A stretch of DNA of 64,000 bases from the human T2T-CHM13v2.0 reference genome, Homo sapiens, in assembly GCF_009914755.1 (NCBI RefSeq), contig NC_060937.1; one strand, given 5' to 3'. Numbering within the stretch: the first letter of the stretch is position 1; every line of letters begins with the position of its first letter. Shown here piece by piece: positions 54,600 through 64,000 of this stretch. The translations under genes were made by a program, and so were the position numbers. Under the pieces are notes generated by a model. That model worked only from the letters and a program-made list of their open reading frames with translations, was not told the origin of the DNA and ran no database searches.

Positions 54600-56289
54600 C
54601 GAGGATTGTGCCCTTGAGTAGTGAGAGGACATAGTGGTGAGGAGCACAGATCCGGGGTTCAGACAGCCCTTGCTGTTCTCCAGGCAAATGGTCTTGAGCA
54701 GGTCAGTTAGTAGTTCATCTATCATAGTGTTGCTTTAAATGAAAGATTAAATGAGATAGTATACATAAAGCTTGTAGGACAATGTCTGGCAAATAATAAG
54801 AGCATAATAAATGGTTGCTATTGTCTAAATTAATTTTCTGTTAAATTTAAATGGCCAGAAACAGGATACACAGGAGAGGTAAAATGTTGGAAAAAATATA
54901 TATATAACAAATGCCCAGGCTAATAGTACACTTTCTGCATCATAGAAGGCCTGAGCTTGTACACTGCTTTCTTTAACACTGTTTTCATTTTGTGTTATCA
55001 AAGGAAAGCCTAATTGTCTATAATCAAATGAAAAAGAATCTCCCTTCTCCTTAGGAAAACACAAACTAATTTGAAAGCCTTGTTAATGGTGTGCTAGCAG
55101 CTCCCATCCTCCCACCAGCCTTGGGGCAGTCTGTGCCACTGCTCTGTTTGGTTCTGGTCTGTGTTTTACCATAATTCAATAGGTGCTCGCTAGGTCCTTT
55201 GAGAAGACATGTAATAGATATGATAAAGGCAGAGCACATCCCACAGTCATGTCGTCTGTGTTTCTCCAGGGAGGCATAGAGACTTTTCGTGGCAATTAAT
55301 TATTCACATTTTCTGTCCTTCCCCTCAAATGCTTGGTTTCCTATCCAGCTCCACAGAGGCATGTTTCTCGTGGGGGGGGGGGGGTGTAACTCTAACACCT
55401 GATGACAGCTTGAAGCTGCGTTCTGTGTTCTTTGCTTGTGTTTTCAGGTCATGTGCAGCGGGTACGTGCTAGTGATGGCCAGAGCATGCTAATGCCACTG
55501 CTCATTCTCCTTAGCTCTTCTGGGGCAGGGTCTTAGCCACTTACATGTCCCTGGTTCAGGCAGTGCAGAGGGGGCTCTGGGGGTCGGGTCTTCGTCATCC
55601 TGGCTCGCCTGCTCTTGGCTGCCTCCCAAACTGCCAGGCGAGCTGGTACTTGGTGGAATGCCTTTCAGCTCACCCCCCTGCTCTGAGGCCGGGCATTTCG
55701 CCCTTCTGCAGAGCTGTAAACATTCACTCATCCATGCAGACTTCAGCATGGTCTTTGTTACTGCTCTCAGGGAAACCTTTGTGTAACTGATAGAGATGGC
55801 ACAGGGCTGAGCGCCCTGACAGCTCCACTGGAGAGTCTCAGAAGCCACCTTCTCCCGGGCCTCTTCACACCCAAGCCTCTCACGCCATGCTATAGGCTTT
55901 CTTGGGTGACTGTTATGCATTCCTTTCACTTGTGCACCCACCTGTGGTGCTGGCCTGTTTGAGTTGCCCTCGAGGGCACTGCTGAGATGTGAAGACCTGG
56001 GCATGTGCCAACAGGGAGGGCAGTTTCTAGCTTATTCTTCCTCCAAGACCTGGGGCCAGAGGAAAGAAATGTAAGTGGGTGTCCAAGAAATGAAGCTGTT
56101 GGCTGGTGGCTGGGAATGAAGCCAGTCAGAATGAGGTGGGAGAGCCGTGCAGAGGGGCCAGGCGGGAGCTGCCGTGGCCACACATGGATGGAGAATGGCA
56201 GCTGGCCACTCTGCTGTGAAAGGGATACAGTGGAGAGGCGAGCACACTTCTCTGCAGAGCCTGGGCTGATGGTGCACACGGAACTCGGA

Positions 56290-56445
56290 TACTGGAGCTA
56301 GTGCTCATACTCTGTGTGACCTTGGCAGGCTACTTCACCTCCTGTGCCTCAATTTCCTGGTTTCTAAAATGGGGACAATCATAGCACCTCCCCTTTCTAT
56401 GGTGGTTGTAAGGATTAAATGAGTTCATACATGTAGAACATGGAG
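56290..56445 (+). mobile_element. MIR
   Basis: 'tgtgtgaccttggcaggctacttcacctcctgtgcctcaatttcc..taaaatgggga..gttgtaaggattaaatgag'. Confidence 0.8.
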
Positions 56446-57399
56446 AAAGCACCCATGTTAGCTAACATGTCACCCTGTGTACCTGGCCACATGCACACCT
56501 GGGGGTGGGATTAGGACCTTGAAGGGACTTCCTGGTGGCCCAGGCAGCTTCTTTTCCCAGACTTTCCTTTACTTCGCATGGTGTTTTTCCCCCCTCATTA
56601 AAATCATCTGTCATTTTTTTCAGGTAAAATTCTTGACCCCTCGTTCAAAGCCTTTCTGTCCTTTTCCATTTACATGGAGCATTCACTGATGCTTAGCAAA
56701 GTCGCATGTCTCCACTGTTGGGAGTTCAAGGCACCAGAGAAAAGTGAAATCCATTTAGATGATGTGGTATTTTCTCCTACTTTTACTGGAGTTACTGACT
56801 GGCAGAAAATTTCATCGCAGCTTTACTACTTTTGCGTCAACTGTACTTCTGCCGATCGTGTCATGAATGTTCAACCAAACCGAAAGAAGCCAGGCAGGCA
56901 GAAAGGGCAAGCAAAGAAAAGGGCCAGAATTATCTCTGAATTCTGATTGTGTTCCTAGCCATCATGATGAATTTTCATGATTCAGGTCTATATGGGGGCA
57001 CACGCTTATCAGATAACTGCATAAAAATGAGAATATGATCTGAAAGTAACTGGCCCATCCTTAAATTCAGCCCTTCACCTAAGCAACACAAAGATCCAGT
57101 TGCCAAAGGACATCTCTCCTGGAAGTCATTTGGGCATCTCAAGCCAAGTGGTCAAGGTGGAACTTTCTGTCTTTTCCCACGAATCTGCCCTTCTTCCTCT
57201 ATTTCCTATTTCAGTTAAACATCACATCAGATCACTTGTTCAAGCTGGAAACATCAGGGTATATACTCCTCTCCAACTTTTCCTACACCCCACCCACCAG
57301 GCCTGTGGGCTTCCTGGCCTGCCATTTGCATCTTTATAGCCTGTGAATCCATGCCTCTTCTATTTACCCACTTGACTGACTGTCCTGGATCTGTAAGTA

Positions 57400-57835
57400 C
57401 CGCTGGGTAACAGCCACCTCCAGTCTCAGTTTCAGGCTTGAAACAACCATCATTATTATTTCCCATTTGTCTTGGATCAGCTGATCTAGACCATGCTCAC
57501 CTGAGTGGCTCTTGCCCTGCGTCTTTGGGTGTGAAGTTTGGCTGATCTAGGGCAGGCTCAGCTAGAGTGGGTCTGTTCCATGTGTCTCATCCCCTTACTG
57601 GGACCGGTGGGCTCCCCCAAGTATGTTCTTATGGAAATGTTGGGAGCACAGGGAGGCAAGCCAAAACACATGCCACTGCTGTCTCTTTCTCCTGCCCAAA
57701 GCTAGGCATATAGTCTCATCCTAAATCAAAGGGTGGGGAAATACGCCACCCATTTAGTGGGAGGAGCTACACAGTCACATGGCAGAAAGTAAGGATACAT
57801 AATAGGATAAGGAACTGAAGCCACTAACATAATCT
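57400..57835 (-). mobile_element. Old MaLR LTR (MLT1 family) within L2 remnants
   Basis: 'ggcttgaaacaaccatcattattatttccca', 'gttccatgtgtctcatcccc', 'tgggaggagctacacagtcacatggcag'. Confidence 0.6.
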
Positions 57836-60438
57836 CCTACTCTGCCAAGTCCTTGTCATCTCCTGTCTGGACTCTTCACTAGTCTTCTAACTCCTTATTT
57901 TGCCTATAGCCAACTTTCCCCCAACTTGATCCTGATACCCCTTCATAAAACCTTCCTTTGCCCCTTATCAACTACTGAATTGAGCTGAGGCCCCATACAG
58001 CTTGGTTCTAATCCATTTTTCCAGCTGCATCTGTTGCCATGTCTCAGAATTCCCCACGGCCCCCTTCCAAATGTGCTTGTTTTTTGCACAGTTCTATACC
58101 TTCGTAAACACTTCCTAATCTCCTCAGCATTTGAGGGCATCATGAGCAAGAGGATGTGTTCTGCCTTTACCCTTCAAGACCCAGTTCATTTGGTGCCTCC
58201 TCCAGGAAGCCTTCTGCAGAGCCCTCCTTCTTTTGTCATATGTAGTAAGTTGGAATTGCTCTATGCTCATATTTAACTCATACAAATTTGAGAATACATG
58301 CTCAGCCAGCAGGAAGGAAAAAGAGGGAAGACAATTTAAAGGATTCCACTTGCCATTCTACTCCATGAATGTGGAAAGCTGAAACTTGACTCCGCTCTTA
58401 CCTTAGTCATCCTTAACTTCCAGAAGCCTCTCAGGTTCCCAAAAGCCTCTTGTAGAGTGAAGGGCAGGGTTTGATGAGTAAGGGTTCAGTGTTTAAAGAA
58501 ACAGACTATTCTCTTATACATGGCCCTGCAGCAAAATGGTTATTTTATGTGGTGTTCAACTAAAGAAACATCTATCTGGCCATCTTGTCTTGTTACAAGT
58601 TAGTACTTTATTGGAAATTTAGGAGACTTTCAGTGTTAATCGTGTCTATAGATAACCTTTGCTTCACAGTGACTTTAGAATCTAGCCCCCACCCCAAGTT
58701 ACTATTCCGTTGTATTCCTTTTAGGCATATATCAGATTTAATTTTACTTTTTGATGTTTGTGTTTCCCCACTCAGTCACAAAGTTCTCATCTTATGGGCT
58801 TATGGGTCTTCAGAGGGCTGCTGCCTATGGTTGTGCAGGTTGTGCACTGCACAGTTCTCAGGGAGCATATCATGCAAGAGTATACGTAAATGTACTCCCA
58901 TAGTGCTTGGGCATACATAATTAGTGCCAGCTTCTTTGTGTCCCCAGTGCCTGGTACAAACTGATTGCTTAACAGATGTGCAAATGAATGCATGAATAAG
59001 AGAGAAGACAGCAAGCTGGACTGTTTTCAAGTGAGACACTTAATAGGGTTGGGAAGAAAATTCAGACGGGTTTTGATCTGATTAAATTAAAACCATGTTA
59101 TTGCAGCTGTACATGGTGAAATGGACTTGTAAGCCCACTTGGAATGTCTACCTACCATAAAAAAATTTTCATCCTGTGACTTGATCAAGGTTATGATTCT
59201 GAAAAGCACACCACATTGATAGAACACAATTGACCACATGATCACTGTATGCCTGACACCCCTAGTGGACACTGTGAGGCATGTGTTTTGTAAAGGCAGA
59301 TCTAGATTCTAGGTGAATCTAGCCCCCTAAATCACAATTGGCCTAAAGATGTCTCAATTCCCTTAAATGAGACCTAAAACTTCTATAAATGCAAATAGAA
59401 CCATCTTTTAAAAGAGCAAGCCTTTTATCAGGTATAGTTATATGATTTAGAAATATGCCAAGTGTGGCCAAAAAACTGTCACCCCATGGGAAACTGTTGC
59501 CAAGTTAAACAGTCAACTTCATGCTTGGAATTCAATAGTTTCAGGTGTTCCGCCAGAGATCACAGGGAGGGTAACCGACCCATTCAAGTTGTGTGGGCTT
59601 CTGAGTGGATGTGGCCCAGCAAGGGGCACAAAAGGTAGCCTTTCATGGGCAGTCATGGTCTCACCCTGCTTTCCTTCCACCCTAACCTCAGCCCCAGTAA
59701 GCTCCAACAGCAAGAACACTGTGCTTGGCTCTGGGGGTCATCCTTCCCTGTGTCTCCAGCAGCAACATGATCTTGGCCAGGACCCCACAATAGGGGACAC
59801 TGTGGGCAGGACTCATCAACAGCCAGGGCATGACCTGTCTATAGAGTAAGCCCCAGGGGGCAAGCACAGGTCTCTCTTGTCCTCCATCATTCGCCTTGTG
59901 CCTCACTCCCTGTGAGGCAGGTAGGAAGGAGCCCATGAGTGTGTGTTAACAAAATAAACAAATGAAATAAGCAAACCAGAGGAGTGCGTTTGTGTAGGGA
60001 ACATGTATGGGGCAAGGCCCTGCAGCTATTTCAGGAAATACTAAATGGTGTCCACAAGATGCTATGCCATCTTTTCTAATGGGCCTGTTGTTCCTTCCAA
60101 GTCACTAGACTTGACTTTCTATTTGTCTGATACGTAAATATAAAGTCAAATGTTCCCTATACCAACCAACCTGATGAAATACAGGACCAAGGTTCTCCTC
60201 ACCCTGTCCAGCTTAGAAACTATTCACGTAGCAACAGCCCTTTCCTCTTTGGCTGCTAAGGTGCTGGCATAGTAGTTTTTATAGGTAAACTTGGGATCAG
60301 AAAATCACAGGTCATGGAGTCAGTTCAGTTAGAATTTGACTTCTCTTCCTGTCAAGCCTGTACACGTCATCACTGGACACTTTAATGAAATAATCATAAT
60401 TGTATTCATTCATCCATTCGTTTTTTGCGTGCCCCCAG

Positions 60439-61172
60439 GTGAGCTTTCCGTTGAAGAGGCGCAGGACCCTTTCCTGGTCAGCATCCACATAATCGCAGAC
60501 CCAGGGGAGTCCCAGCCCCTGCAGGAGGCCATCGACAACGTCCTGGCGTGGATCCACCCCGACCTCCCGCTGTTCCGGGTGTCCGAGAGGCGGGCGTCCC
60601 GGCGGCGGCGGAAGCCCCCCAAGGGCGCTCAGCCAGCGCTGGCTGTGGTGCTGTTCCTGCAGGAGGAGTACGGCGAAGAGCAGATCCTGCAGCTGCACCG
60701 CACACTGCAGCAGCCGCCCTGGCGCCACCACCACACCGAGCAGGTGCACGGCCGGTTCCTGCCCTACCTGCCCTGCAGCCAGGACTTCTTCACGCTGGCC
60801 CCTGGGACGCCGCTTTGGGCCATCCGGCCCGTGCACTACGGCAAGGAAATCGTGCGCTTCACCGTCTACTGTCGCTACGACAACTATGCTGACAGCCTCA
60901 GGTTCTACCAGCTGATTCTCCGGAGGAGCCCCAGCCAGAAGAAAGCGGACTTCTGCATCTTCCCTATTTTTTCCAACCTGGATGTGGACATCCAGTTCTC
61001 CCTGAAAAGACTGCCCTGTGACCAGTGCCCGGTGCCCACCGACTCCTCCGTGCTGGAGTTCCGAGTGAGGGACATAGGCGAGCTCGTGCCTCTCCTGCCC
61101 AACCCTTGCAGCCCCATCAGCGAGGGGCGCTGGCAGACGGAGGACCATGATGGGAACAAGATCCTCCTACAG
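60439..61172 (+). CDS. FAM124A: FAM124A large coding exon (734 nt; FAM124 domain)
   Basis: Acceptor gcccccag|GT, donor CAG|gtactg. CpG-rich, coding-like open frame ELSVEEAQDPFLVSIHIIADPGESQPLQEAIDNVLAWIHPDLPLFRVSER...WQTEDHDGNKILLQ, recognised as FAM124A. Confidence 0.95.
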
Positions 61173-61340
61173 GTACTGGGGGGACGCCTGTCTGTCTGTT
61201 TAGGGGACCTGAGAAACCAGTTAGCTTTGCCTCAAACACTATAGTACCAGTCACAGAGCAATGATCAAGGAAGGAGAGATCAGTGACCCTCTGCCCAGCT
61301 CCTAGTCGAAGTCAAAGTGGCCATACAGGATCCCAACAAA

Positions 61341-63640
61341 AGAGGGGGCAAGAAAGACTCTTCCCATTGGTTCTCTTCATTTCACTTTCAGCAAACATGT
61401 TCCCAATTCTTCCAGCTGCCCCTTCTGTCCTCCCCTATTGGGCATCCACTAAACACCCATGACTCCTGGGGATTTCAAATGAGCTTATAAGCTAGGGAAT
61501 TTGCTATTAAAGATTCCTGAATCTATGCCCATGTACTTAGAGAGTTTTTACCACTGGATTCTTCCCTCCCACAAAGGAACTTCAGGAAAGCCCATCTATC
61601 TGGAAATTTTAAAATATATATTGATGTTCATAGAGGAGATAGCTGTTCTCTTCCTTCAGGTGCCTCCCCCACCTTCTACTCTTGCATCCTTCTACTGCTG
61701 GGCAGCAGGTTGTTGAAATCCTGTGATCACTTGGAAAAGGATGTCCCGTTAAACATTTTAAGGAGTAAGTGATGCCTTGGGAGCTTCTGGTTTCACTAAG
61801 CTTGGAAGGGGTGAAGGAATTCATTTTAAGTAGGCTGCCCTAGTCCTTCCATGGTAAACTCTTTAGCTTCATCATCAGCTCCCTTTCTCCTCTCATCCTT
61901 CCAGGGGTTGTCCCAGACTCATTAGAGATAATTAGTTATACTCAATTCAAAATTCAGCATGTATATTACAGAACATCCTACATCTGGTCCTACCTGAGAA
62001 ATGCTTTCCAGACCCAGGCTTTCTTGATTTTACAAGTAAATTAGTTCCAGGAGTATAGGGCCTTGTTTTTCTGAAAAGCCTCTACCTCTGACGTCTCAAT
62101 TTTCACACTTGGCTACCCGAAAAGAGAAAGTTGATAGTGAATTGGGGGACATTGCCTTAAGAGGCAAAGATTGTGGTTACTTGAATCACAGGTAAAGTTT
62201 CATCGTTTTTGTTGGTTTTGGCTTTAAGCACCAGAACTATAATCCACATATCATGAAATGAAGTCAGAATTTGGCACATGTCAGATAACTGGTTCAGACT
62301 ACAGCCAGGCCTCATTTCTCGTCAGAAAGGTCACCTTGAGATACTTACTATTTATAGGAACTAGATAATTTTGAAACTTCCTTTTGAACTGTGCAGATAA
62401 GGAACTAAGTAATGTTTTATTATTCAATATGCTAGCATTTGCTCTATAATCCCTTTTGAAATGTGAGAAAAATTGTCTCTGTGTTTGAAGAATGCCACAT
62501 CTTTATGCAAAATATAATACAGTTGCACCAAGTAAAAGTTAATGAAATGCAAAGGATATTGTTTATACTAAAAGACCAAAAAGAATGTGACTGTTTCTGA
62601 GGTGACTTCTTCCTTTTTGCAGTAATTAGAGCACTTTTTTCTCCTGATCCTTCTAATAAGATAAATAACAGAATGCAGTGTGAAAGCTTGGCCTGGGCTC
62701 TGCTCAAAGGCACCATGGAAAGAATATTTCAAGGAAGATCCACATATTTAAATGGCTATAAACTCTATACAGGTGCAGGCTTTTGAAGTTAGAACAACAG
62801 AGTGTGAAAGAGTAGAAAAAAGATTTGTATCTTGGGACTCAGGCATGCAGGCCCTTGTTCAAATAGTAATATGTTGAGGAATTAAATTAATGTGGGCAGA
62901 AAGGATGCATTACCTCTCCCCCCAAGATTCTTGGTAATGTCAAGCAGGTTCCTGTTCAGCTGCATCAGTGCAGATAGCTAGCATGAGGTCCACACCTGCC
63001 CATCTCTGTAAGTTACTTTCCAAAGCAAAAATTTGTATTTCAGTCTTCAGCAAAATTAAGGTAGTTAGGTCTTGGGGGGAGGAGCAGTTGAGAGTGAACC
63101 TTTCTATCCACATTCTCTTTAGCAGTGTACGTTCCCTGAGTGCCATTTTGAACTGTAATGTTTAAGATAAATTTTTTTGTTTAGTTGAATGGAGCTATAT
63201 ATTGAAGAAAATCTTGATTGGGTAGTTTTTAGTTGCTTGTTTAAAATACAGTTTTTTGTTCAGAAAGATTGCATTTATTTCCTCATCTTACACCACTGAC
63301 TTAACATTCCATATTTTGGGGACTTCCTCCTCCCATTTTAATTCCTCCAGAGAAGAAAAGTTGAAACTTTTTTTTTCTGGGATCTACTCACCCCTTGTAA
63401 GAATTTGGAAATGTTTTTTACTGAGATCAGATAAAATGGAAAGAAAGCTGTCCTCCTCCTAAAATGTATCTTCCCTTCATTCTTGGCATTGCCTGATTCA
63501 TGGGGGTAGGGCAGGGAGGTAGGTGGGGAGTTACTAGCATCAGGTGTTGTTGAAGATTCCTCTGGAAAATGCAGAGGGGGCATGAAAGACTCTTCCCATT
63601 GGTTCATTTCACTGTCAGCAAACATGTTCCCAGTTCTTCC
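61341..63640 (+). repeat. Dispersed ~70-bp direct repeat (61341-61413 and 63573-63640)
   Basis: Copies differ by 3 substitutions and one 5-nt indel. Confidence 0.9.
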
Positions 63641-64000
63641 TGGTGACCCCTGGAAGAATTTTGTAGAAATTTGCACTGATGCCTGATGATACTAAACTAT
63701 GGCTTTGTGGAGTCAAGGATTGCTTTATGAATCTTTCCGGATCCCCCATAGAACTAAACTGACATTCTACTTTGAACACAGTAGGTTCTCCTTATACGTT
63801 TTTGTTTACTTTCTATTAAAGAATATTATTAATTATGTATATACCAAAAAGTTCACATTGTAAATATACAGCTCAGTGAATTTTCACAAATTTAACATTT
63901 GTATAAGCAGCACACAGATGAAAAAACAGAACAGAGACAGAAACCAAAGAAAAGATTCTTCCTCCCCCGCCCTGGGACTCCCTCCACTTAAATGAACATC

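Noticed and set aside
60336-60438. N-terminal part of the 302-aa ORF as coding sequence
   Set aside because: Lies upstream of the splice acceptor at 60437-60438, starts at TTG, and has intronic composition.
60312-61148. 278-aa minus-strand ORF
   Set aside because: Antisense shadow of the GC-rich FAM124A exon; non-ATG start and no independent gene signals.

Overview
Mammalian (almost certainly human) genomic DNA: about 31 kb of repeat-rich upstream sequence followed by the 5' part of FAM124A on the + strand. The gene identity comes from my recognition of the protein; the chr13q14 location is from memory. FAM124A has a CpG-island promoter (~30.9-31.8 kb) and coding exons at 31481-31548, 40319-40350 and 60439-61172, which splice in frame (68+32+734 = 834 nt); the gene continues past the window. 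Upstream are a PRELID3B/SLMO2-derived pseudogene fragment, a truncated minus-strand HERV9 provirus (env remnant plus complete LTR12-family 3' LTR) and many Alu, L1, L2, MIR, MaLR and DNA-transposon fossils. Repeat subfamily names are from recalled consensus sequences and old-repeat boundaries are approximate. I found no prokaryote-type system and cannot claim a new biological system. The most interesting signals are: (1) an in-frame 108-nt cassette exon inside an antisense MER50-like LTR; (2) an exon-3 acceptor that regenerates a 5' splice site, a possible recursive-splicing control; (3) a 160-bp near-palindrome after exon 2; (4) an LTR12 promoter with a perfect splice donor just outside it; (5) a glyoxalase/VOC-like motif pattern in FAM124A; (6) a short MER1-derived insertion inside an octamer cluster.
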